A program made the translations under genes and the position numbers. A stretch of 62,953 nt of DNA, counting the filler, from Reticulomyxa filosa (lineage: Eukaryota; Protista; Foraminifera), in NCBI GenBank assembly GCA_000512085.1. It is 28 parts of 28 records of this genome, joined end to end, with 100 filler letters (N's around TTAATTAATTAA, not from the genome) between each part and the next. Parts side by side here need not be neighbours in the genome. Positions count along the whole stretch, not along the records: positions 24,628 to 26,623 come from ASPP01013632.1; positions 26,724 to 27,780 come from ASPP01038299.1; positions 27,881 to 29,444 come from ASPP01023775.1; positions 29,545 to 31,173 come from ASPP01003694.1; positions 31,274 to 38,040 come from ASPP01004360.1; positions 38,141 to 39,432 come from ASPP01038247.1; 22 more parts are not named here. The stretch is one strand, 5' to 3'. The notes under the pieces are model-generated. The model saw nothing but the letters and a program-made list of their open reading frames with translations. It did no database searches and had not been told where the DNA came from. Positions 26,597-39,532 of the stretch are shown in pieces. The stretch's first letter is position 1. Each line of letters begins with the position of its first letter.

Positions 26597-27050
26597 GTCT
26601 TTTTTTTTTTTTTTTTTTTTTTTNNNNNNNNNNNNNNNNNNNNNNNNNNNNNNNNNNNNNNNNNNNNTTAATTAATTAANNNNNNNNNNNNNNNNNNNNN
26701 NNNNNNNNNNNNNNNNNNNNNNNTTTCAATAAAATAGGTAACGTATAATCGTATATCTCGTCTACCAATGCAAACTGGATTATTTACGATTATCAGTGAA
26801 TGAGAACTATTTATTCAAATGATTTATGCTTTTATTATCAATATCATTATTCCAAGCACTCATATACTTCATTATTGGTATATGATTTACCACCACGTCC
26901 GCCAAAAGACACAAAGTGATTTCATTTATGTTTTTATTTTTATTAAGTTTCACTACATAATGTTATTTAGTTCAGTATCATTGGATAAGAATAACAAATC
27001 GTTGTATCCATTTCACCAAGATACAATAGTTTTGCCATCTGAAAAATATT

Positions 27051-27720
27051 TCACATCATATATACCATATCTAAGTCATTGTATATTTTTAATTGCTTCA
27101 CTGACTCCATTGATAAAACAATTCGAATTTGGGATGTGGAGTCCGACACAATAAATTTGTCATCTGGAGAAAACCTTGCACGATATACCCCATTCACATG
27201 TTTATCAAACACTTTCAACCGTTTACCTGATGTTACATCCCATAGAACAATCACACAATCATTAGAGCCCGAGACGATCATTCGTTCATCATGTGAAAAT
27301 TGCACACTCTGTAGTGTGCTCTTATTATTCATTTTGTGTATCACTCTTCCAGAATCCACGTCCCATACTCGTATAGTTTTGTCTATGCAAGGTATTTACC
27401 ATCTGGAGAAAAGCTTGCATCATATATTGCCTCATAATGCCTTTTAATTCTCGCATTGTGTCTTCTTTCAAGTTTAACAATCGAATGTGCTTTTCTGAGC
27501 CCACGACAAATATTTCCATCAGGTGCAAAATTTGCAATATAGCATCTGTCACAAAAGTTTAGATATAGCTAATGTGGTATCCCTGATTTGATGTTCCAGA
27601 CGTTAACTGCTCCCATCAACTGACGCTGAAATAATCTTACAACCATCTGATAAAAATTTATATTATGTACGATGCAATCATATTCTAATGTTCGCAACAA
27701 TTTAAAAGGACTGTCCTATT
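27051..27720 (-). pseudogene. Degenerate WD40-repeat gene
   Basis: 'VQFSHDERMIVSGSNDCVIVLWDV', 'RARFSPDDKFIVS' with frameshifts. It abuts an oppositely oriented WD40 fragment ('SIDKTIRIWDVE', ~27100-27145). Confidence 0.75.
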
Positions 27721-28080
27721 TCATTGAAGAAATTTGGTGATAATGAATAATGAATAAATTGTTCAAGTTTGAATTTTTTTNNNNNNNNNNNNNNNNNNNN
27801 NNNNNNNNNNNNNNNNNNNNNNNNTTAATTAATTAANNNNNNNNNNNNNNNNNNNNNNNNNNNNNNNNNNNNNNNNNNNNCAATGATAAAATATTTTATT
27901 GCTTTACTTAAATTAATACAAAAAAAAAAAAAAAAAAAGGGCAAATTAGAAGAAGAAAGCAAAGTCAATGAATTGAAGAATGCAGAACAGGTAATAAAAA
28001 AGAAATCATTTTATTCTATTTCATATCTCTTTGTTTGAAATGATGAATAGAAACAAGGACAAGGAAATACAGTAAATGAA

Positions 28081-29444
28081 ATGAATGAAAGTAACAAGAG
28101 TGTCCAAAAGGAAACAGAAAAAACAGAAATAGGAGAAACAAAACCAGGAATTAATTTGCAAGGATATTGCAGCAATGAAACCTGTTTGGCATCAAAAGCC
28201 AAATTACCAGTATGGATGAACATTGGATTTGATAATATTACATTTGTTTCAAATAAGACATCATTTAGCTGTCCTGATTGTAAAAAACCAACAATTACAT
28301 CTATTATCAAGGCAATGTTCTACAATTCTGAACATTCTATTTGTGCAAGTGGTGATTCAATACCTATGAAGGATAACAATTATCAAGGTTCATATTCAAC
28401 CAAATCTGGACTGTCTTATGAATTGAAAGCAAACAAAATAAGACAACATGCAAAGAGTATTGAAGATTTGAGAGAGAGAAGTGAACATGCAATGAATAGT
28501 ATTGAAATTAGGAATTTGGTAACAGAGTTACAGAAATACGAAATCACAGTTGTGAAACCACCTAGTTTGAAAGGAAATGAAAGATTATTAGAAAAGATTC
28601 AAGCAGATTATGGTGGTGATTTTAATCAAGCATTTGATATTGGAAGATTTACAATTTTATGCGATAATTCTACTAAATTACAAACTGCAGTTGCAGTGAT
28701 GAAGAAGGCAGAACAATTCAATTTGATTGTATCTGAAGATAAGGATTTCTTTGATAGACAATCAAAGACACATCACCGATTTCACAATATTAAATTATAT
28801 GTTCCAAAACATGATGTATATATTGAAATGCAAGCAACATTAAAGAATTTTACAACATTAGAAGGATACACTGTGATCGAAAATCCAAAATTAAGCCATT
28901 TATTTTATGAACATATTCGAGCATGGAAACCTAATAATCAATTAGAAGAGGAATTGAAACAAGCAAGTGATGAAACATTAACAAAGATCAATGATATAAT
29001 TTGTGAATGGATTGATGTAAAAGAAATCAAAAAAATTTCAAATCGTTACAAACCACATTCAGAAATTCGAATATTGAAACCTCCGCAACTAAAAGGAATA
29101 AATGATGAAGAAATCAATGTCAAAAATGATATCACATTAAAATTGGCTAAGTTTGTATATGATCAACTTTGTAAATTTAATCCAAAGGAAATAAAAGGCA
29201 AAGCTATTTATGTTATTTTATTTGAATATTTTAAGAAGCACATTATGGGTGAAATGAATCCAGCAAGTTGTGCTGATGTTATATCATTATTAAAAGAATC
29301 AAGAAAACAAGAATTGGAAGAAGATACAACAATGTCACAAGCACTTGAAACATATATTCCATTACAGGCAAACAATTATCCATATACTGGCGATGATGAC
29401 AAAAAAAATGATGCATATGATTGTCATCAATATATAATTGATTC
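28081..29444 (+). CDS. Cys-rich Zn-binding domain + RelA/SpoT-like nucleotidyltransferase domain protein (probable N-terminus of a NACHT/NLR-like protein), 3'-partial
   Basis: Uninterrupted ORF. 'PGINLQGYCSNETC...CPDC', then RSH-synthetase-like motifs 'LKGNERLLEK', 'DYGGD...FDIGRFTI', 'KDFF...HRFHNIK', 'IEMQ'; ends 'LETYIPLQA'. Confidence 0.75.
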
Positions 29445-30040
29445 NNNNNNNNNNNNNNNNNNNNNNNNNNNNNNNNNNNNNNNNNNNNTTAATTAATTAA
29501 NNNNNNNNNNNNNNNNNNNNNNNNNNNNNNNNNNNNNNNNNNNNCAAACATTCAAAGATATCTTATATCTTTTAATTTCGAGCCGAAGAAATAGCTTTCG
29601 AACTTTGAAATGTCCAACTCGATTAGATTTGATAATTTTTATATGTTATTTTTTGTTTGAACAGTATTGAAACGTAATTAAATTTTAAAATAAAAGTAAA
29701 ATCAAAACGATTCATTTTTTTTTATCCAATGAAATGTTTTAGATTTACATCCAAAACAAATGGGAAAGTATAAAGTGTGTTATTAATTTTTTTTTTTATT
29801 GAAAAGATATAGTTTGTATTTCAATGAGCTCTTTTTAAAGAAAAAACCTTCTTAATATAATGATGATTTCTTTTTTGCAACGAATACATAAATTAATATA
29901 ATTGCATAAATATATTATTTCAAACTAACAAAACGTTCGACGAATGACGTATCCTTTTTTTTACAACAACTTTCAAACTTTTTTCGCATATTTTCGATAT
30001 AATTTTTAAAAAATAAAAAATATCACAAGAAGCAACAACT

Positions 30041-30763
30041 ATGAGTTTTGTATCACTTTCTATTTGTATTTTTACTGAACACACAACACAAAAATCACAA
30101 AAACATACAGAATTAGTAGATCTACTTGAACAAATAGTAGAAAGAAATGATGTATTTAGAAAAAAAATTAATATTGCAGCGTATAAAATGAATGCAGCTG
30201 GCTCTGCAAACGAAAAGCTAAGTGCTAGAATAGCACAAGAATCTGTAAATATAATATTTGCATATGAAAAAAAATGGACACAGTCTGACGACTGTAGACA
30301 ATGTGAAATTGAAGGTGATGATTTGATATCTTTGACTATTATATTGAACTATCTTTGGGGAAATGTGATGAATAATATTGAAAAAGAATGGAAAAATTTG
30401 GATGTTTTAAAAGCAACTCAAGCTATTTTGGATGTTATATTGCGTCAAAGTAAATATCTTTTATTTATAAAAAAAGAAAAATGACATAGTAAAATTAAAA
30501 ATGTAAATAATAAATTTAAATTATTGGACCCAGTCCTTCAAATTGCTGGGTACATGGTGTTGAGTTTTGCAAGAGTTAGAATGTTACTTGCATATCAAAG
30601 TATAGTGTGGTTTGATATTGTTAAAGTTAATGCACAACGAAAGATTTTCAAAATAAAGGTTTACCCTTTGTTGAAAATATCTTCGTTTGAGAATAGAATG
30701 TTCGAAATCGTGCGCATTATGAAGTACGCAAGCAATCTCAAAAGTTTTTTGAAGATTTTATGA
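30041..30763 (+). CDS. Hypothetical protein or pseudogene
   Basis: 147-aa and 79-aa ORFs separated by a probable intron; no recognisable motif. Confidence 0.3.
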
Positions 30764-30943
30764 GATTTTTGCAATATGTTTAAAATTGACCAAAAATTTG
30801 TCATTTTATGAAGAATATTGTTACTTTTTAGTTATTTGCAAATTTTTAAATTTTTTTTGACGAAATATTTCAAATGAAGAAATACCAAAATTAAAAACTC
30901 GGCAAAATTATTTGTCAAAAAATCAAAGAATATTTTTTAATGA

Positions 30944-31173
30944 TCACGATGTCATAAATTTTATTTGGGCATTAACCCATTTTTCAATTGTTTTAATTTC
31001 CTGCTCTCTCCATTTTGCGTTCTTTTTTATGTTTTCTACGCACTGGTCCATTGATCGTTTGCAAGCAGGAAAATCTAAAGTACTGTAGAATGTTTCAACT
31101 TCAACAGCTTTTTGAAATGAAACAAACTCTGAAGGAATTTTGGCTAAATGTTGAACCAAAAATCCACCTTCAA
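30944..31173 (-). CDS. C-terminus of M1 aminopeptidase (puromycin-sensitive/ERAP1-C domain)
   Basis: 'KAVEVETFYS...CKRSMDQCVENIKKNAKW...IEKW' matches the ERAP1-like C-terminal helices. Confidence 0.7.
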
Positions 31174-32211
31174 NNNNNNNNNNNNNNNNNNNNNNNNNNN
31201 NNNNNNNNNNNNNNNNNTTAATTAATTAANNNNNNNNNNNNNNNNNNNNNNNNNNNNNNNNNNNNNNNNNNNNTTGTTTTTCTGATCAAGTAATGTTTTA
31301 CCACTAACGAAATCAAACAAAAAAGATTGAGCTGAAGATGGCAATTAATGATTAAATGAATAGTAGAAAAATAAAAGTGTTAATAGAACCAAAAGATGTA
31401 ACAGTTGAAAATTGTCAAGTCATAAAATTTTCTGATTTTTGATCATTTTTGCTGTTGTCAAATTCTTTTTTTAAAAACAAAATCATTTAATGAGATTCTA
31501 TATTTTCATCACTTTGTTGGAGCGAGTTGCTTCGATGCAAATAACAACACCAAAATTATGTTGATGTTGATGCTTTTTTTTTTGTGTTGTTACAACAAAT
31601 TGCTTCGCAGTCCAGAAAGCTTTCTCAATGATGCCAGTATCCGCTTTCTTCTTTTCAATTAAAAGTAATTAAAATCAATGCATTTTTCACTTTTGGTTTA
31701 ATCTCATTATAGTGTAGTATATTCTTAGTTTGAGTTTGCAAACTCGAAACAAAGATATCCACGAAGTAAAGAACAAGAGCGTATTGACAGTAGTTTGTTC
31801 AACCAGACAAAAAAAATCCAAACAAAAAAAAAGGAGGAAACTTAAAAACAAAGCCATTGAAACAAATTTGTGTTTGGCGTGTTTTAAATGGCACCAACAA
31901 AAAAATTTCTGCAGTACATTGTACTCTTTTAATCAATTTTGTAAATAAACGAGCTGATAGTGTTCTAATTGAAAAAAGAATGATGCGAGTGTGTTTATCC
32001 TAAGGGAACCTTCATTTTATTTACACATTTTTTAAAATTAAATATGTAAAAGCGATCACTATTGTTATTTATTTGATTTGATATCGTTTCAAGAGGTTTT
32101 TTAGAAGAGCAGACACAATGTGAGTGCAATTTTAATATAGTATTCAACGAGCTGTCAAAAGAAAGAAGGGGTAAATCTAGAAAGCATTTAGAAAAAAAAT
32201 AACTTGTGGAC

Positions 32212-35200
32212 ATGTTGCCAACAGTGAATCACATGGCGGCATCTTATGTGCCAATCAAAAAAACGACAGAAGAAGGGATAAACGTTCATGCTGGCTGGAA
32301 TATTCCGTCGCTTGAAGTGAAGTGGAAAGACAGCGACAAAAACAATCCTTACCGAGAAGAGATTTACTTACGATTAATGTCCAGATTCGGTGGTTCTCCC
32401 AATGTTAAGGAAGTATTTGCATGTGTTAGTTTGTTAAATGGAAAATGTTTATCTTTTGCTGCTCCCTCTGTCTCCAAAAGAGAACAAAACCGAATATTGT
32501 TTGAATGAGCAGATTAGTCGATCGGATATAGCAAACATGTTCAAAGAACAAAAAAGCAAAGCGTCAGAGGATTTGAAACGCAAGCTTTCCACACGTCAAA
32601 AGAAAGAGCAAATAGAAAAACGAGGCATTGTCCCTCAGGGTTATTTTCAGAGTCCTGTATGTTAAACGAAACAATTGTTATATACATGTATATACATATA
32701 TGTATATATGTATATATGTATATATGTATATATGTATAAAATATCGACTGTGATGATAAATAGGAAAAAGCGTTGGTTCGACACCACCGACGATTTTCGT
32801 CGACAGTGGACAATATGAATATAATGTTGAAAATGAGACCAACGGCAGAAGAGATAGTAGAGAAAGGGATGGTCGAATTTAAGGGGCTGTTACAAATGTA
32901 CGCGCTGAGTGAGGACGAGAGTGACCAAGAGGCGGAAGAGACCAAGGGGACGGACAACGGACAAGACACGAAAAAGACGGCCGGCGCCACTGCTGTTCTG
33001 AAAAAGACAGCTGGGAAAAAAAAAAGAAGAAAGTTGGATGCCAAATGGAACGAACATCAGCCCGCCGAAATTTCATTGACTCGGTCGCTGTTGTTTTCCA
33101 CCACTCAAGAGGCCTTGAGGAAGTCCCAGCAACAAACTGCAAAAGTGCAGGAAGAAGTGCAACAAGTGGTCCAAGAAATTGCCAGGAAAATTAACCGCTT
33201 GAGGGATGAGTCCGATCGACTCGTCACTGTACCTAATGTTACGTCCAAAATGTCAAAGCAAAACCACAATACCTAATACCCTAATACATAAATAAATTTA
33301 TGTATTAGGGTATTAGGTATTGTGATTTTTTTCTTTTTTTTTTTGTTTTAGATTAAATGAATTTGAATATACACAATAGCAACAACAACAACAACAACAA
33401 CAACAAACAAATACATAAAATAAAATAAAATAAAATAAAATTTAAAAATAAAAAAAAAGAGTGAGCAAACAGAATTTGAAGTAAGAGATGAATCCCACGA
33501 AATGTTTACGAAAATGCTAACAATAGCCCAGCAGCTTGAGAAAATCCATGAGAAATTGGACATACTGCGCCATGTCCAAGTCGAACTGAACAAGCTAGAA
33601 GATAGCCATCACTACAAGCTCGGCGGCCTGCGACGGACCGAAGAAAAGCTGCTCGGGAAACTGAGTCGAATGAAGTATGCCAAAAGTCAAGCCGAACGTG
33701 TCGGCTCTGCTGAGCGCTCGCACCATCATTGGGCTTTTGCAAAATTGGATTACACTTTAAATATGACACAAGAACAGTCTCAATTTTTACAAAAGCGTCT
33801 TACCAATGAGTTCTTGTCTATTCCATATCAATATATACATATATATGTATATATATGTACATATGTGTATATGTATAGATGTATATAATCTTGTCTGCAA
33901 AAAAAAAAAAAAATAAAATAAATAAACTAAATGAAAATAATAATAATAATAATAATAAATAAATATTATATATATATACTTATATGCATGTATATACATA
34001 TATATATATATATATATAAAAGAATAAATGCTGACGAAGCAAAGGAATTGCAAACGGAATTGAAAAATAATGAGCGCTTTTCGAAAGATCTGAGAACATT
34101 TTTTGAGGCGTTGAAACGCCTGTCGGACGTGCAGCAGCTGATGATAAAAGATCTCGAAACTGCCGTGGACAACACAGAGGCAGACCTGGTCCAAGTTCGC
34201 TACGAAATGAGCAAAATTCGTCATGCGACGTTTGCCAAACTGTACGAACTGCACAAGAATATTGAAATTGCAGATACTTTGGACTTGGGACAACGCAGAG
34301 TCTCTGTGGTTTGTTATAAACACATTAATTACATATTTATATGAATATATATGTGTATACGTATATGTAATGTGGAACACTTTGACACAAAATCAAATTC
34401 TGGAAAAAATAAAAAAATAAAAATAAAAAAAAAGGCCAATGCCACCGAGATTGAACGGGAAAGACGACACCACGCAACGAAGATACAACGACAGCTGAGC
34501 TCACTTCAGTCCCAACTGCGGGAAATTGACGTGGGACCGTACACGACACGATTGGAAGAAATGGTGGACTGCGAAGTGATAATGAGTGACTCCAAACTGA
34601 AGGCATTCTTTTGTGTCTTTGTCCAATGCTTCTGTCAAACTTTGATTGACGTGCATTTGCTAAATGTATATATGGACGACAACAACAACAACAACAACAA
34701 CAATAATCAAACCCCTGATACGCGCAATGTCGATCCACTTGCACATTTCTATGGCATCCACAATGTGTTGGATGCAATTCCATCAAATACCTCCTCTTCT
34801 TCTTCTTCTTCTTCTTCGACGTCACTTAGTTTGGACAACAAACGAAAGAAAATTGGACAGTTTATTCGCGTGTTGCAAGCGGCGATTGCGCGCGAAAAAC
34901 AAGCTACGCTGTTGCGTCGCGGGTCGACTGCAGACGACGAGGAACAATCGCAATCACAATCACAGTCGCAATTGCAATTGCAACCGCAATCACAATTGCG
35001 ATCCAACAACAACCGTACTCCTCCCAACGACTTGAAAGTCAAAATGGAAGACTTGGTCCCGATTGCTTTACTTGTTGGCCGCAAGCTCACTTGCGATTCC
35101 AATGTGCGGCTTCATATTGACGAAACCGACAATCTGCTTGTCCCCAAACTTGCTGAGACACGATGTCTTAACATCTTTACTGCCGTTGTTTACGGTGTTG

Positions 35201-35464
35201 ACATTTTTCCTACTGTTCCACTTTCTGTTGTAGAGGTTTGTAAAAAAAATGCTTCTTATATATCTTTTATGTGTATTTACGTATACGTCATATTTGCAAT
35301 TTTTTATTAATTCAATTGTTTCAATCCTCATCTCTATCTCTCTCTTTTGGTATATGTTATATTTGTGAGTGCAAAAAATGTTTGATTTTACTGCTTTCTC
35401 ATAGGTTGCAAAAGCCATATTGCATGGTGTTTGGAAGATCCAGATTAAAGGAGAGGATCAGTAA
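32212..35464 (+). CDS. RPEL-repeat-like coiled-coil protein, multi-exon
   Basis: 'LKRKLSTRQKKEQIEKRGIV' and 'MLKMRPTAEEIVEKGMV' resemble RPEL motifs, followed by long coiled-coil exons. Last exon 35405-35464. Confidence 0.6.
33265..33324. repeat. Perfect 29-bp inverted repeat with 2-nt spacer in intron
   Basis: cacaatacctaataccctaatacataaat (33265-33293) and its exact reverse complement (33296-33324). Confidence 0.95.
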
Positions 35465-35912
35465 GCATTGCTTACACTTGTTACAATTGTAATATCAAGT
35501 TTTGTGCCGAAAAGGCTTGGTCTTTTTTTTCCCCCCACTCTCTTTTACTCCCATTTTTTTTCCTTCGCATTTGTTCGATGCTCCTTTGATGTAACATTTT
35601 TAATTGCACAAATAAAACTATTAACATCTTCCATCTTTTTCTGGCAACGTCTACACACGATCCATATCTTCTACGCCACAAAGGCAATTTAATAAACCAA
35701 GCTGATGATAACTCTTTTCTTCCATGTCCTCGTACTAATCAAATTCAACTAAGTCTGGCAATCTGGCAAGTGTCCACACATAATAAAGCGGCATTTTACT
35801 GAAAAGTATTTGATATCCAATTACAACCTCAGGAATGATAAACGTTGGGAAAAACAACACTTTAAAGCCAAAAACGTTCACGTCCAAAAAAAAAAAGCAA
35901 TAGAAAACGTAA

Positions 35913-36630
35913 TGAGCCGAAGGGCGAAAATAGACATTATAAACAAAATGTTAATAGAATATTGGGTAAGGATAATACCGGTACACAAAATGCCGGTGGA
36001 TATAATTTTGTTGCTTGTGAAGTTCTCAACAGTAAGAAAAATAGAATTCAATGAGATTTGCCGGAAAGACGGTGAGCGAGATATCACAAAACTGATGTCA
36101 AAATTGTTTAAAGATAATATGTTGGATCATGTAGCAATATCAGCCGACTATACTGATGGTAGGGAATACCATACATTTTTGTCAACCGAGCCAATAAACG
36201 ACATAAGATCAGAGTCAATTTACGAACTAAAGTTCAATATAAGAAGACAAACGGCGGAAATATGTATGGGAATCACAGCACTGGCATCATTGAAAAATTT
36301 GCAAGGGAATAGCATATGGTCAGATTCATCAATACAAAATACATATTATTATAACACAACGATTAACGATCACCTTCGGATCATTCATAACTCTCATGGT
36401 TCAAGCAAACTGTGTGAATGTCATTGTAAGCTAGGAATGAACGATACTCTAATCGTCGAACTTGATTGTATGCAACGAGAGTCAGGAAAATGGCTGTTGT
36501 CTTTCAAACGTAATGACGCTCTACTACATAAAAATCCCATTGAAATTCAAAGCCGTATTTTGTATCGACCTTTGTTGGTCATGAGAGAAAATGAATGTTA
36601 TGTCGAAGTTTTTTTTAAAGTCTCTCTCGC
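35913..36630 (+). CDS. Hypothetical protein with possible SPRY/beta-sandwich-like domain
   Basis: Long ORF with 'ICMGI...DTLIVELDC...LSFKRND...LYRPLL', a pattern loosely like SPRY. The 3' end is uncertain. Confidence 0.4.
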
Positions 36631-37183
36631 TTCTCAGTTTCTTTTTTTCCCCTGCTTCAATGTTTCATGGCATTCCATTAAAAATATCTTCCTTTTCCTT
36701 CCCAAGACGCTTGTACTTTTAGATAAGATACGCTTAGCTCATTCAACTCAACTAAAAGATTTGTACTTGTTGCATATTCATTTCCTTCACACCCCGGATC
36801 GATCAATATTTATCATGTTTGTAAAAATAATTTTACAGTTCTTCTTTTCTCTTACAAGTAGTCATTAATTTGTTGGATGATATTGCTTGTTTGTTTGCCG
36901 GAACAAGAAGAAAAGGCAGCCACAGATACTTCTACAAAAAGCAAAGAAAATGAAAAATCAAAAAAGAAATTTTTGAAATTGTGTTGGAGCAAAATAATAA
37001 TAGTGACTGATTCATGTTGTGGAACTATTATCTCTTCATTTGCAAACAAGCAGAACGATGTTGTCCTAAAATGATTGAACACAGAAAAACTCAAAACATG
37101 AGTTTGACGTAGATTCAAAAATGGCTGCTTTAAATTCTTTGCAACAAAAAACCTTTGTAAAAAAATGTTTTCCAAACCAACGA

Positions 37184-38040
37184 TTAATCTTTTTCAGAAA
37201 TCTCTGTCAAGTGATTGTCGATCTCTTTTTCTGTCAATAAGCGAAATCTATGTATATATATATATAAATATACATGTATATACATATATATATAATGGGA
37301 TAATAATATATATGAGCGATCTTTTCCTTTTGTACAAGCCCAATATATTGTATAATTGCATACCGTGGTTTATCTTTTGTGACAACGGCCACTTCGACTT
37401 GATTGGATTTAAAATCAACTCCTAATACTTTTTGTAAAGCCTCAATTGCGGTCTGGGGAGTCGGAGAAAGTAGAACAACAACAAGCATACACATGAACGA
37501 CAGATAAGGTCGGACAAGCAACAAAGAACAAGCCCTACTCACTCAAGTGGAGTGCAAAACATAGCATCTCAACTTGCACAGTTTCTTTTTCATTCATTTC
37601 AAATTGTCCCTTTTGTTTCACCGACGCCTCTTCTTTTTCTTTTGTCATTTTCTCCAATGTGCTCATCGCCTCTTGTTCTTTATTCCCAGTGGCCGCCGCT
37701 TTGTAGCCATACTGAACCCCAAGAGAGCACACAAGCAAACAAGCAAGGATGAACAACACAAGTCCTCATCCGAGTGTTGTCTCACGCAACCGTCTCTCAA
37801 ACAGTGTGAAGACACATAACGCAAGCTCCAGCCGGGTCGACAAGATACAATCCTGTTTAAATCACCATACAAGTCAATCAATTAAAAAAAGTTCATATTT
37901 CCAACCAGCAAAAGTTTTTCAAAAAAAAAAAAAAAAAAAATAAACTTGGGCCTAATTCATCATCAATTGCTGCCAACATGACCGAGCACCCAGGAACTCG
38001 TTTATAAGCATGTTGAGTGAAAATTTGATTATAATTAGCC
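37184..38040 (-). CDS. PSMA6: 20S proteasome subunit alpha-1 (alpha type 6), 5'-partial
   Basis: Exons read 'NQIFTQHAYKR.PG', 'GYKAAATGNKEQEAMSTLEK', 'TAIEALQKVLGVDFKSNQVEVAVV', 'FRLLTEKEIDNHLTEISEKD*'. Confidence 0.9.
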
Positions 38041-38228
38041 NNNNNNNNNNNNNNNNNNNNNNNNNNNNNNNNNNNNNNNNNNNNTTAATTAATTAANNNN
38101 NNNNNNNNNNNNNNNNNNNNNNNNNNNNNNNNNNNNNNNNTTTTTTTTTTTTTTTTTTTTGATTCATTGAACCTTCAAAGGGAACAAAGGGGGGGAATAA
38201 TCTTTACATTAAAAAAAAAAAAAAATGG

Positions 38229-39432
38229 TGGAATGAATGCGAAATAGAGTTTGTCGGAAATGCAAATGTCGTATGTGCTGTTCCGCATAACGCTGCTAGG
38301 CGCGTTGCTCGACGTGGACCTGATGGAGTTTGCGACGTGGTCGTTGATGACCGAGCTGATGGTGTTTCTGAAGTCGCTGGCATTAGTGTGTATACTCCGA
38401 AGCAAAATGGTGCCTGGAGTGGACATTGAATACCACAACCCGTCGTATTACAAAATGCTGTTGTACACGTGGGTGCTGCTATTCGTCAATGTGTTCAGCT
38501 TTGCCATCATCACAAGCGTCATTCGAATATCTCTGGACATTGCCGGTTGGAAGCCTTTGATCCTGTTGCTCTTCGACGCCGTCGCCGTGTGCGGGGACAC
38601 CTTCCATGGACTGTCATTGATCACAATCAACTTGGGAACAAGAAATAATAAGAAATGGGCAAAAAATACGTTTCGTTTGTTTTACACTTTTTTTTTTTTT
38701 TAAAAAAATAAAAATATTAGTTGATTGATTTGATTGTTTATTTTTTATTATTATTATTATTATTTATCATTGGCTTGTAGCGACATTTGGGTATATTACA
38801 GCGACTTGCTGTGGACGGCCTTGCTAAGTATGGTGTACTTGTGCTATTATTGCTTCGTTTGGAGCATCCATGGGCTATCGCTGTCTGTCATCGACTTTTT
38901 GCTTGTTTTGAAAATTCAATCGTGCGTCAAAGACATCTACGATTCCTTTTCCAATTACACCAGATTCAGCACCATCATCAATCGCATCAACAACCAGTTC
39001 AAAAATGCCACTCATGCAGAACTGCAAGACGAAACTTGCAGCATTTGTCTCGATGAAATGCATTCTGCCAAAAAATTGCCATGCAAACATATGTTTCATT
39101 TGTTTAGTGTTTTTTTTTTTTTTTTTTTTGTGCATATATTACAAATATATATACATGTATATGCATGTTTATATGTTTGCTGCATGCTTGCATTTAAACC
39201 TTGATCACACAGACTATGTCTTACCAATTGGATGCGACGCAAAAGAATATGTCCTGTTTGTCGCCGTAATTTGACGAATAACAACAACAACAACAAACAT
39301 ATTCCAAATACGAATCCTATCATTTTGGATAATTTATATAACTTGACATCTCCACCAGCAAGTCCAGCACCGCCAGTGTTACCAGCAAGTCCAGCACCGC
39401 CAGTGTTACCAGCAAGTCAAGCACCGCCAGTG
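38229..39432 (+). CDS. HRD1/AMFR-like membrane RING-H2 E3 ligase, partial
   Basis: Multi-TM region, then 'ATHAELQDETCSICLDEMHSAKKLPCKHMFH...CLTNW...CPVCR'. Confidence 0.85.
39355..39432 (+). repeat. 27-bp coding tandem repeat (about 3 copies; PASPAPPVL)
   Basis: ccagcaagtccagcaccgccagtgtta repeated up to the contig end. Confidence 0.9.
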
Positions 39433-39532
39433 NNNNNNNNNNNNNNNNNNNNNNNNNNNNNNNNNNNNNNNNNNNNTTAATTAATTAANNNNNNNNNNNN
39501 NNNNNNNNNNNNNNNNNNNNNNNNNNNNNNNN

